Source: Microthyrium microscopicum (Eukaryota). From it: a DNA stretch of 64,000 nucleotides. Location of the stretch: NCBI GenBank assembly GCA_010405405.1, contig MU004244.1, positions 685,895-749,894 of the forward strand, read 5' to 3'. Shown piece after piece: positions 24,928-37,100 of the stretch (positions are counted from its first letter, which is position 1; each line of letters opens with the position of its first letter). The notes under the pieces are model-generated. The model saw only the letters and a list, made by a program, of their open reading frames with translations. It was not told the origin of the DNA and ran no database searches. The position numbers were made by a program, and so were the translations under genes.

Positions 24928-26496
24928 ATGGACTCAGCCGCTGTCTACAACAATTCAAACCGAGTTCTACCAATATCTTCTACAGTCAATTCGGCTGCTC
25001 ACTATTTTGTCTGCAGAAACAACTTCAACTAAAATATTCTCAGAAAACACAATCTAGATTAGGTAGTGACTGCCCTATCTACGAAGCACTCTCTTATACA
25101 TAGGGACCTGAAGATTCCACCTTTCTCTTCAAAATCAATAAACAAGATCTAGCAGTACGACACAATCTACTACTGGCTCTTCAGCGATTGAGACTGCCCC
25201 ATGAGGAGCGAACTATCTGGATTGATGCTGTCTGTATTAATCAGAATTGCGTCCCAGAGCGCAACTACATTGTGGTATTCATGCGCGACATTTACACCTC
25301 TGCCAAAGGGGGTGTCGTAGTATGGTTTGGTGAAGACGAAGCGGACACTCATCTTGTTCATTCATTTCTGGAGCGAGTGATCGAAGGTTGTCTGAACAAG
25401 GAGAAAGAAGAAAAAGGAATTCTTCGACATTTCAAGAAGCACTCGGCAGTGTATCATAGAGTTCCTCTAATCACAGGTGTTGGGTACAGGGCCCTTTATA
25501 ATCTCCCTATTACGCCTTGGAGTTGCAGAATTTGAATCGTTCAGGAAATTGTCATGGCACCACGCAATCCAGAGATACAAATTCTCAGAGGAAGTCATAC
25601 CTTCAGCATGGAAAAACCGGCGCTTGCTATGTAGTATGTTTACAAGTACAGTCTTGAGCATTTTTTAGCCTTTAAATATCCTGCAGGACTCAGCATTCTT
25701 TGGGGCGAGCGTATATCAAAGGCTCATACACCCAGTCTACTGATCGTGGTTGAGAGGAACTGGCTGACATTTTCCACAGACCCGAGAGACAAGATATGGG
25801 CACTTCTCGGACTCGCCGATGACATGTCAGTACACCGTGACTGTGATCCGAGCTATACTGTGGAAGAGACGTTCACAGATTTTGCAAGATCATGTATCTT
25901 ATTTCGACGTGATCTTGCGGTGCTAGTAGCGTTGTCATCAACATCAGCGAAGCGTCTTATCACTCTTCCAAGCTGGGTTCCGGACTGGACGACGTGGAAT
26001 CCACGTACCTTTTGTCTCGTATCTGCTGAGACTGACAACGAAGGCCGAGGTTTTGAACACTTCACAGCCGCAGGGGAAAACTCTAACATTCTGCCCGATA
26101 GCCAACCAAAGCATCTAAAAAAAGTACTTTGAGTTCCATACTTTTCTGCACGCGCTTCGCGATTCAAACCCCTGAATCTTTGGAGCCCCTGACTATGGCT
26201 CGGGATACATACGCGGTGTTTATAAGCATCGAGTCATTGGAGCATTGAGCGTCGCCGTGAAAATATTATTCGTTCTGACGGAGAAGAATGGGTTCTTGGG
26301 TCTATTCTGCGAATATGCTCGAGAAGGTGATTCGATTGTGCTTCTTGAGGGAGCTCGGGTGCCGTTTTTCATCAGGAAGAGCGACAAGATGAGACAGGAA
26401 ACGTCAGCATGGGAAATTGTAGATGATGGGTACCTTCATGGGGCAATGGCGGGCCAAATATGGAAGTACGAGTGTGAGTATATTAATTTCGTATGA
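24928..26496 (+). pseudogene. Decayed HET-domain (heterokaryon incompatibility, HET-6-like) gene
   Basis: HET motifs in the right order across several frames: SIRLLTIL, YEALSYT*G (TAG at 25101-25103 replacing Trp), NLLLALQRLR, IWIDAVCINQ, MRDIY, VVVWFGE, TDPRDKIWALLGL, LPSWVPDW, GDSIVLLEGARVPFFIRK, GYLHGAM. Confidence 0.88.
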
Positions 26497-26650
26497 TGTT
26501 GTCTAGACAAGCCCGTCTCAAGCTATATCATATCGAGCTGTATCTCAAGTCAAAACAAGGTAAGGGTTTTGACGCAAATCCTCATTGTATAACCTATCTA
26601 ACAGATTGTTATGGAGAAAAGGTACAAGTCAGCCTTCGAAGGACTTTGGC

Positions 26651-28486
26651 TTATATTGGTAGCGAGTATGGAACGGCTGGCACTGCCGTGGGTTGTAGAC
26701 CGAGATACGAACTACTAGGAGGAGCTTTCTCGATCAACTGAAACGAACCAAGGATAGTTTTTCTGTTCAGCAGCCAGTGGGCACTTGTTGCATCGTCGGT
26801 GGTTGGAGCGACAGCTGTAGGAGCGACAGCCACCGGTTTGCCATTGACTTTGCAAACCCTTCCGGACTTAACTTCCCACTGTTCGGCGTTGATACCCGGC
26901 GTTGTCCAAAACAGCCCGCTGGGGTCATATTGAGTTTTGATTTGGGCAAGCTTGGGATAGTTTGAGCCCCAGAATGATTCCTGCCAATTCGGTACTTCGG
27001 CATTGCATTCACATGAATATGCTCCACCCTGAGGTGCAGGATTAAGCTTGCGAAAGCTTTCAAAGTTTGTGACACCCGGAATTTTGAAACCAGTGCTGTA
27101 AATCGCAGCGTCTCTCCAGCCCGGATGTGTTGAGGTATCATTTCCATTGCCTAGCTTCGGATGTGGTTGAACCAGGAGGAAGGTAGCAAGGCCATTCGTT
27201 CCCCCCATAGCATCAATGAACTTCTGACCCTGAATATGTTCCTTCTTAAGGAACCACGATTCCATAGGCACAACTCCCATATTACTAGGGGCGTCCTTGA
27301 GATAGGTAGTTTTGGTGAAGTGAGATTCCCAGGTACCGAAAGCCGCAGTATAGAATTGTGTGAAGTTGTCAAAGACCAACGGCTTTGATTGGAAGGGCTG
27401 CATGGTAGGATATGATTGAAGCTTTTCGAGAATAGGCTTCCAGAGAGCGTTCACAGTAGCCACATCGGCGTTTGGATGCATTGCCAGTCCTCGAATATTG
27501 CCGATGATAGGCAAGAAGTACCCACTGATGCCTTTGTCATACAAGGCTGGTAGCTGGTTCAGCAAGTACTGAGTTGGTTCGTAGAGTTTAGATGGAAGAT
27601 AAGATGTTGACTTGACCCAAAATGTCATAGCAGTCATGGGGAAAATTTCCTCTTCTCGGTATACTTTCAAAGTTGCTTCGACAACCACTCCGAAAGTTCC
27701 TCCGCCGCCACCTCGAATGGCCCAGAATAGATCCGGGTTGGAAACTTTATTGCAAACCAGATGCTTACCATCAGCGGTAACGACCTTGACTTCTAGATAT
27801 TGATCAACTCCGAGACCATATTGAGCGGTAAAAGGACCATGACCGGAAACCGTTAGAACAAGTTGTACCCGCGAGGCTGAAGCCTCCATTTCAGTATGGA
27901 GCAACCTACCCGCCATCTGACCCCATCCTCCAACTGCGACAACAGTGCCATCAGCTCCTCCTATCCCAAATAGCTTGGACTTGCTAAGAGCTTCATTCAT
28001 GAATTGACCAGGCGTAGCGCCTCCAACAGTTACAGCGGCCTGGGTTCCTGGGGTCGCAGGGATGACATTAGCTTGTTGTCCTGCTTTGACACTTGGAGCT
28101 CCTTGGGTCGTGGCTGTGAATGATGGTAGCACGTTGATACCATTGAGGAAAGACAGGTCGATAAGTAAGCCAGAAGCAGCTGTACTTCTTCATTGCAGCT
28201 CATGTCCTGATGATATGACTGACACTCGAATGTTGTTTTCTCTCGCAAAGTTTACAGCTCTTTGTACTTCGGATGAGGTGTTGACTCGGTATCGATAGTC
28301 AGGGTGGACATCAGTACTAAGTAGGCCCCGTGATATTGGTATCACTCCTGGTAATGCTGCTTGCCATTGAGCCTGTGACGGCTAGTCTGAATCTCCGTTG
28401 AGTTTACGACATCCATCGGGAGCTGTGGCTGCTGATATTGCCAATGGAAGAGCCAATATGGCGGCGAGCACTGTGCCTATCGCCAT
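26651..28486 (-). pseudogene. Secreted FAD-binding oxidoreductase (berberine-bridge-enzyme-like), disabled
   Basis: Signal peptide, then AVNFARENNIRVSVISSGH, NPDLFWAIRGGGGGTFGVV, FWGSNYPKLAQIKTQYDP; in-frame stops at 28382-28384 (TAG) and 28190-28192 (TGA); 66-nt intron remnant 27844-27909 ending in CG instead of AG. Confidence 0.85.
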
Positions 28487-29912
28487 GACTGAAGTGAAGA
28501 TAGTTTGGCTGTCAACTTCTTTGTGAGGAGAAAAGTGAAGCCCAAATACTCCACGAGCCACGATGGTAGATAATAACGTCAGGAAGATTTGTCCATAGGC
28601 CTGCATTGATCATCTTCATATTTCCCATGATATGCCATTAGATGCAGATTTTGAGATGAAATCAATATCGATGCTGTGACGGACCACAGTTCAATTCCAG
28701 GTTCTATATCACTACCATTACCCTGGAGAGCATAGTACATATTTTGTGTTTCGGAAGTCCGTAAATCGAGTTCGTGCCAGGTACATGGTAGAAGTTTAAA
28801 TCACAATTGGAATGAGATTTCCAGTGCCCTGGTTCTGATTTCAACCGATGCGCACGATCAATGACACGCTCCAAGCTCGCGGCTGATGAGGCTACACTTC
28901 ACATGTTATACCTAGGTGCCCCAAGTTTCCACCAAACAGGCAAGCGCCTCTCTGCTTATTGAATTGTTGTCCTTTTTCGAAATATGCGCTCGCGGGTCGT
29001 GCGACTTTTCATGGTATAGGAGGAACTGCTCCTTGTAATACATGTGTAGTTCCCGAGCAGCTAGGTCTTGAAATTAATGAAACACTAGATACTTGTTCAT
29101 AATGCTTGGCTAGCCATTGCATCACGGCAAGGAAATGAGAAATAGTGCCATGAAGCAGGATACGCCACGTTATACAAGAAAATTGGTTCCTGGACAGTTC
29201 AATCTCAACATCCTGTTATATAGATCGCACTAACTATAGAGGTTAAAATAGACAATAGAATGGCATCTGAGGAGTTTGATGCTAGCAATTTAGTGATAGG
29301 CATGACATGAAAACTTGAGCTGGTTCGTCTGCTCAATCATCCACTGTACAAGCTTTACATTAGGAGCGGCGAAGTCAAACCAGTATTAATAAGAAATGCT
29401 CACTATGGGATTCGATAACCAACATTTTGATATTGTATAATGGCAAACCGACCGTGGATGAATCACCTACCTGCTTTCATGCACATTCCTCAGTTACAGT
29501 ACCTACCTGGTAGATAGGTCATCATTTATAATTCGGACTTAACAAGAATTGGCGGAGAATTTCGCATAGCTGTTGAATCCTCTCCTTCCTAGCTCCTATC
29601 CTATCATAGGGCTGGTCTACTCGGATGAGTAATGATTAATCACCTGGGAGAAGTTGCCAAGCGGTTTTTGCGCTTCGATAATTGCCAGTTTAGGAATCTA
29701 TGATTATCTTTGAATAGTAAGGTATTCTGTACATTGAAGTGTTCACGTCATTAACGATCCTACCTGTTAAGAGAAGAAATGAGGATGTATATAAATATGA
29801 AGACCTCCGCTAAGATATTAATTCATTTCATTGTAAAACAAACAGTTTCATCTACTCGATTGTTATATCGACAGCCTGACTAAGAGGTATCTATCAACTC
29901 ATATACAACAGA

Positions 29913-30979
29913 ATGGCATCTGAATCAAAGCGAATCATTGTTGTCACGGGCGCATCGCGCGGACTTGGTGTAAGATTTATTCTTTCATGATCAGTATTTC
30001 CCTATTCTAATGATTGAATTAGTTGGAATGGGTTACACAACTCAGCGCAAATTCAGAAAACTTCATCATTGCTTTGGCGCGCAATCCAGACACTGCTGAA
30101 AAGTTGAAACCGCTTCTCGGACCCAAAGTTGTTGCTGTGAAAGGCGACGTTTCTGACCTTGATTCGTTTCCGGTAAGCGTACCTCGCTCAGCTCTTTCTT
30201 CTAAGGAACACATACTGATGTAACGTAGAAAGTCGCCGAGGAAATCAGCAAAGTTGGAGGTGGAAGAGTGGACCTACTCATCAAGTAAGTCGTTCTTTAT
30301 GCCATCTTCTGACGTTAAAACTCTTACAATTTCCAACAGTAATGCGGGTATCATGACTGGAACAGGAGCAGAGCCTTCGACGGGTATTTCCAAATCTACG
30401 TTAAAAGAATGGGAAGACGAAGTAAGTACTGAATTCGCTTTTCAATTCAAGATTGGGAGCTAATCACACGCTACAGTTCCGAGTTAACGTATTGGGTCTT
30501 GTGTTCTTCACCATTGCAATGATTCCACTTCTCGAAAAGAGCAGCGAGAAGAAAGTCGTCAACATCAGCTCTATGCTAGGAGACCGAGGCTTCGGTCAAT
30601 TGAACCCCGGGCTACAATTCTCGTCATATTCTGTGACAAAAGCTGCTGTCACGGAGGCCAACTTCAAATTCCACTCTGAGTCAGTTAACTTCGCTTCTTC
30701 CAAGACTCTTATACTTACTCGTTTCGTAGATTTAAAGATCAGGGTTTCATTTTCCTAGCTTTGAATCCAGGTTTTGTCCAAACTGACATGGCAGGAGAAT
30801 TGGAGGTGAGTCGAGTCTATTCATCAGCATGTATCCTAAAAACTAACAATAACCGCTAGGCACCATTGACTCCGCAACAGTCGATCAGTCGCTGCTTGAG
30901 TTTTGTTTCTCGCAGCACGGCCGAACATAGTGGACAGTTCTGGTCTCTCGATGGTATCAAGGAAGGAGTCACACACTGA
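29913..30979 (+). CDS. Short-chain dehydrogenase/reductase (C-factor/sniffer-like), 7 exons
   Basis: VVTGASRGLG (TGxxxGxG), NNAG, VNISS, YSVTK (YxxxK), NPGFVQTDM; six GT-AG introns splice to an intact frame ending at TGA 30979. Confidence 0.92.
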
Positions 30980-31419
30980 TGGGAGCCAGGTAGAATAGCC
31001 CGTAAACTACAAAGATGTTATATTTCTTGTGCATCACTGGAGTAATGGTATTTCATTTTATTCACCATCATTATTCGTGTGAAGGCTCAGTACTACTTCC
31101 AAGAAAATCTACAAGGACAGAAACGGACTACGATATAAGATGCTGACCACAATGGAAACGCAATGCTGCCTCTCGGAATTCGCATAGAATTGGCTATCCA
31201 ACGTAGAGTTGTTCACAACACCTCTTCAAAGGTCTGTTATGTATTTACGCATTTGCAACCTCATCATACAGCTTTGCAATGAACGGCAAAAAATCAACAT
31301 TGTGTTTGAAGATGTTGAACAACATCAAGATATGCTGACTCAGCACAAATTGTATAAGTAGTAGACAGCCCCCAGATCTTCAGATCGAGGACTTAGTGAA
31401 AAATCCATCTCATATTCTA

Positions 31420-32252
31420 CTACCAAACCTTTGTCCCTTTTGGTGATCTTCTAATACATTGCTTTTCCGTCTTCGAGTTTTTGCGCTTCTCTCTCTCGGT
31501 AACGATCAAGGCTATCAATGCAGCAGTACCAAGTGCAGCAGTCACTTGAATGGCCCCATTGACTATAGCCAGTCCATCACCACCCGCTCCAGCACTTTGA
31601 AGAATTGCGAACATGCTGTTTGATGAAGTAACTGGAACCTGAGCCGCAGCAGCCACGGAACCTGTAGTAGTGTCTGGTCAGCAAGCATTCCAAGACCAAA
31701 ACCAATTGTCCAACAAGGAACCAGCCGTATTAGAGAGCAGACATACCTGCTGCAATACCCAAAGGAGTGAATCCTGCCAGCGAGAGAAGGGGAGTCGAAA
31801 CTAGGCCTGGGGCAATCATAATGATCAATCCGGCAGCTCCAATGGCAACTACATCGGGATTTTCCATAATCCAGTCCAGAACCTAGGGAGTTGACACATC
31901 AGCACGTGGCGAGTCAGAATTCTTAGAGGGATTTTACCTCATCGGCGACTTTTGCGAGTTCTTCTGCTGCTTTGGCTGTGGTTTCAACAATGCGAGGGCC
32001 TTGCTCATCAGCAAGCGCTTTTCCAGCTGTCACGATGTCTGTCACCAATTTGGCTATCTGAGCACCAATGTCCTCCACGAAACCCTGGACGCCCGCAGTG
32101 GCATCCGAAGCGCCGTTTGCGATGTTGGAGCCTTGCTCGTCTGCGATAATCTGTGCCCCTTGAGCGGCCCCTGAAGTGCCTTTAGCGATATTCTCGCCTT
32201 GTTCTTCAGCAAAGGACTGCACATTGGCAGCGACATCATTGACCCATTCCAT
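31420..32252 (-). CDS. IFI6/IFI27-like membrane protein with N-terminal 22-aa repeats (paralog 1), 3 exons
   Basis: Spliced reading ...VADE|VLDWIMENPDVVAIGAAGLIIMIAPGLVSTPLLSLAGFTPLGIAAG|SVAAAAQVPVTSSNSMFAILQSAGAGGDGLAIVNG; two canonical introns (GTAAAA...CTAG; GTATGT...GCTGAC...ACAG). Confidence 0.8.
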
Positions 32253-32798
32253 GACGAGTGAAAATGGCAACCAAGTGAACCTAATCAAGAAGACAGATAA
32301 TGATGAGGCTTGAAAATTGGCAGAGGCCGGGTTTATCTAGTGTGTGATGTAATTTGCTACTAGCCACTGACAACAAACATGGCAACAACAGCCTGACGCA
32401 ATTGCTGCCTGTGGTGGGACCTGCTGACTATTTCTTCCTACAATCGCGGCTTCCCATCACAGGACATCATTGTCGGTAGGTAATTGAGTGCTCCCAACTC
32501 CGTCGCCTCGCTCCTATAACTGGCGATCGCTGACCGCCTTGTGCTGCTGCGCATGGAATTTTAGTTTCTGGAGCTTCTTACGTAGGTAGTAATAAAATTT
32601 AGATAGAAACAAAGCATACTTGGCATACAGGACTAGTAGGCCGAGAGAATTATGACTAAATAGGTTTGGGTCAAGGCAAATAGCATTGATTCTAAGTTTG
32701 ATACCTGGTTGGCTAAAACCCACCATGTGTCTGTAGAATCATCGTTGCTCACCTTTCGAACTTCATCAAGTCGAATCCGCATTCGATGTGACTTTCTC

Positions 32799-33245
32799 TC
32801 AGTGGAATAGGGTCCGCAATAGCGGAAATCTTGCCACCAAAAACTGAAGCAAGACACGGAGCAAAAGTCGAATAGGACCAACTGCGCCAAGTCTCTGTAG
32901 AATCGAGAATGGACTTGAACTAACTACCGCAGGGCCCTGGATCTTGGCAGCTAGTGAGCCTGTCGCATAAAGATTGTCAGTCAATTTGTAAAACAATCCT
33001 AGCATTTGAGCAACGATTGAGGTGAACGGAGTGACTATACCAGCGATGACACCCAGCGGACCGAAGCCTGATGTATTCAGAAGCAGTTTGAAGAAGAGCG
33101 GTAAGATGGAGGCGAAGGAGACGAGGACGATTGGGCGTGATATGGTCTTCAGGAGCTTCGCAACATGTTGGCCTTCGCAAGTTTGAGGAACGTGAGATGC
33201 CACAAAGCCTTGAATGGCTGAGGGAATTCCTGGAATTGCGTTCAT
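32799..33245 (-). CDS. IFI6/IFI27-like membrane protein (paralog 2), 2 exons
   Basis: LLLNTSGFGPLGVIAG|SLAAKIQGPAVVSSSPFSILQRLGAVG; in-frame intron GTATAG...ACTGAC...ACAG at the same G|S position as paralog 1. Confidence 0.7.
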   Translation of the reverse strand: MNAIPGIPSAIQGFVASHVPQTCEGQHVAKLLKTISRPIVLVSFASILPLFFKLLLNTSGFGPLGVIAGIVTPFTSIVAQMLGLFYKLTDNLYATGSLAAKIQGPAVVSSSPFSILQRLGAVGPIRLLLRVLLQFLVARFPLLRTLFH

Positions 33246-33833
33246 GGCTGGTGAGAGGTCAGTCGAGATACAATGCACCAGCGGAATGAGCTGAGAGAGG
33301 TTGTCGAAGTTGTTGCTGTGATCAGGATTTCGAGTGTCGCGTAGTTGAATTTTGAGGAAAGTTTACGTCAAGGCCGCAGCGCAAAATGATCGTGGGCCAG
33401 TCTAAAAGCTAAGCCTAAATACAATTAGCCTGATATATCTAAGGCAGGTGCATACAAGTTCCTCCCGGTAATCCATATATTTCTGAGGCAAGTGCACATG
33501 TGTAGTGGGCATACTCTAGGTCGTGACTGCTACTTCCATCAAATTCGACCAACATCCTCCACCTGAGCCAAAAGGCAAATTTCAAGAGACGCTCCTAGAT
33601 TAGATGAATCAATCCAGGTACCTTTTTGATGTTTCAAACCATTCTGGTGTCAACGTGACGGCCGCTTAACCACCAACACTAATGTTATGTGGGCCACAAG
33701 GAGAATGGTGAAGCATTTATTTCTTGTTAGGAATACACTATCACTTCCGTGGTAAATGATGACTTCGGGGACTGGATTCATCGAGTCATAGCTACCAACC
33801 CTTGATCGTAATTTGTAAGTGTTTGTCAATCCA

Positions 33834-34101
33834 TTACTTTCCAAAAAACCAAAGTGCACCACCAACCAGGGAGCCAGCGACAGTAACTGGACTCAAGAGA
33901 AGGGCCGGAAGCGCAGCCAGACCCGCACCTCCTGCTCCTGCGCTTTGCAAGATAGCCGCCAGGGAGCCTAGGTTGAGTTCAGTCAATGTAAAAAGCGACA
34001 GAGCGGTCATTGCTAAAACATTTCGCAGTGATAGACTAAAACGCACCTCTCAGAATTCCCTCCGCACCGAAACCGAATAAGGACAGAATTGCAGCAACCA
34101 T
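33834..34101 (-). CDS. Minimal IFI6/IFI27-like microprotein of about 62 aa (paralog 3), 2 exons
   Basis: Spliced reading MVAAILSLFGFGAEGILRG|SLAAILQSAGAGGAGLAALPALLLSPVTVAGSLVGGALWFFGK; intron GTGCGT...CTAG at the shared G|S position; TATA-like TATTTAA on the minus strand about 160 nt upstream. Confidence 0.75.
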
Positions 34102-37100
34102 GATTGTTAATGGAACAAGTGATCAATTTCCAAGGTCTGAGGTTTTTGTTGTTCAACAGATATGTCTAGAATGTCGGGGACCGGGGTCGGACTGGGAGCA
34201 GAATCTGATAATGGTTCAAGTTTGAGAAGCGATCTCAGTTGTGACCAGAACAAAGGCTGCTTAAATATACGCTGCACTGAACGTTATGACATAACTAATT
34301 TGCTTGCAGTTGCTCAGATGAGAATTGATATGAATTGTGTCACCGCGGTGGATAGAGTTATGATAGATCACAATTGTGTCGATGCAATGATATCATCATG
34401 ATTTCCTGCTGGCCTTTCGTTCTAAACTTCCATCTAATAATTCGCTTGCTGACGGGTAGAAACTACCAAGTAAGTTGATCATAAAAAGCACAAGGGGTAG
34501 ACTGACAACTTATCCGAGTTCACTGGAGCTGGAGCTGGGAGTGCAGATCAAATTTGTTCTGATTTTTGAGACAACATAATAATGCCTTTATGTGTGAGAT
34601 ATATCAAAATCGAGCAGCGAATTTGATTGAAGTAAGAATGTGAGTTGTGAGTTCGAACGGTTCTGAGCTACAACTAGCACGCAGCAAACATATGTGGATC
34701 AGTTCTTAAGCACTATAGTGATTGTCTATGTCGATAGTAGTGCGGTGATTGCTAGATAGAACATTGTGAAGTCGTCAGAGTGAAATATGTTCTCTATATG
34801 TTCACAGCGAAGGATTTCTTGCGAATTGATGCTTTCTTTCTTCTTCATTTCGTACCTTCTTTAATGGCTAAATCCAAGCTCCAATCGACTCATCAGCGTG
34901 GAAGATGAGTTCAACTTGCCTGATAAAATCCGCAATCATGATCTAAAACACTTAAAAAACATCTTGATTGCCTTTGAAATTGACTCGTCAAATGAAAGTC
35001 CCACAACTTTGAGATAGCTCGACCATTTGCCTGGTTGGTGTACAAGATAGGAATCATGCATCTGATATGTTGGAAGTTAGGGGTAAAGCACAACGAATTG
35101 GAGGTTTATGTACAGCATTGCTATTGGCTGGCTTAAAGCATATGTACTGTAGTATTCTGACGAAGCTAATAAAATTTACGAAATCTTCCAAAAAGCCACA
35201 GAAATACCACGCAACAAGTGTTCCATACGGTCGCCAATGTTTTAATTCTGTGGACTTCTGCCTTGATCTGCACAGAGCAGTCAAAAACTCGCTTAATTCA
35301 AGCCTAAAAGTATCGCTACTGTGCCTTCCATGCATTATCAATGATTCAGCTCTAAGTTTGACAGGATGGCGTAAAACATGTTTTAGGCAAGCCGCAAGCG
35401 CAACTTTGTTAGTTAGGGAAAGATCGACGAAGAAATGGATTTTGATACGAAGTCTATCTTCCATAACTGCAAACGCCTGTCAAATACTTGAGAGGCAAAT
35501 CGCTTTTACTTCTTCACTTTGAAAATGAAAGTTGTGTTACCTTTGTGCCACATTATAGAAATATCTGTGTTGCACTGCGCAGAATCTGTGGGGACCCGAG
35601 GAAGCGTCGGCGGTGGACCAAGTTCAGCAAAGCCACTTTCTGTTGCCTCTAAAACTCAAAGCGCCATTCAAACTTCAGCTCGTTCTTCCTTGGCTGCTGC
35701 AAAGATCTTGGACGATCAAGCCTTGAGAAGTGTTGAAGAAGCAAGGCGATGCGCTGATCAAATGTCTTTTGCCCAATGCCCTTGCGTCATGCGTATTCGT
35801 TAAAGTCCCTCTAATTTTGAATTTTGACGCTGAAAGTGGTGGCGCACATGCAGCAATCGATAATGCGAACAAGAATTTGAGGTCGTGGTTGACAGTTGCA
35901 ACTTGAAATCGAAGACGATATTTGTACATTTGATGCCATACCGGCAGCAAGCATGAGATAAAAACACAAGTATCACAAATTTCCAAGCCTTGATCAATGG
36001 ATCTGCTTACTAGTTTCAATCTTTGCCAATGAGGATCTCAATTTCTGGAGGGCCATGAAGCAAATTCGGCGAGTTACAACATGATCTAACATTGCTGCTG
36101 GAGCCTTAACACTCGGTTCCTCACGGAAAGCTTCATAGTATTACAACAAAGCGCATCGTAGAGAGGACAATCACGACAGTAGCAGATTTTTGAAATTAAA
36201 GCGCTCCGTTGCACATTATTAGCCTTTTGCAGATCTGTCGAGTTACATTACCAGGCTTTTAGAGTATAACACAACGATATAGAGTACCTCGAAAACCTAA
36301 CAATCCAACGGAGCGAAGAACCTGGACTTGCTCAATGGCAGCCGTATTGTTATGCAAGAACGCAACGTCATACCTTCAAATACTGCGGTTTGGGGCTGCC
36401 AGACAATAATGACAGGATGGGGTTTGGAATGGAACCTTGCGAAGGTATCACTAAAAGCACGTCAAAACACTTTTGACTTTGAAGATCGTGTATCATCAAA
36501 CATGACTGTTGTAAGGTGAAGAAATATATCATTTGCCGCCGTGCATCCGCCATAAATACAAATGCGATTTCGTACATTGCCGATGTTAGCACGCGGTTTG
36601 AATTCAATGGCAACCTTGGAATGTCACCTGTCAATGCAATCATTCGAGTCTACAGACTCCACCTTAAATCCTTGATATCGTACCACGTTGCTCCAAGAAA
36701 TGTTTTCCCTATTATGAATGTGTCTATATATAACAGCACTATAAACGCTACCGGGACTGTGATTTATTGCATGCATAGTTGAAGCATTGCGATAAACTCA
36801 AAATGAGAAGCAATGTGGACCATTATCAATCTCGAGGACTTCAGTCAGTCGTCATGCTCGCGGCCTCGAAACATCGGGTGCATCACGGTTTCGCGCTGAA
36901 CTGATGCATAACACGCACCTTGCAGAAAACTTCGAGATCGTTCTGGAAGCGAAGAGGCAAATTTGTCTAAAGGCGATAATTCATGTTGTACAGCATTAAG
37001 ACTCTATCAAATTCTCAATGTCACAACCTCAAGGTTGAAGTGTGGTAGCGAATGACGATAGGCGAAACATTAAATTTCCGTGGACCGGGAGCTGCCGTGC

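Noticed and set aside
26651..30979. FAD oxidase and SDR (with the distant P450 and transporter) as a secondary-metabolite cluster
   Set aside because: No backbone enzyme (PKS, NRPS, terpene synthase, RiPP precursor) in the window; the genes are dispersed and the oxidase is a pseudogene
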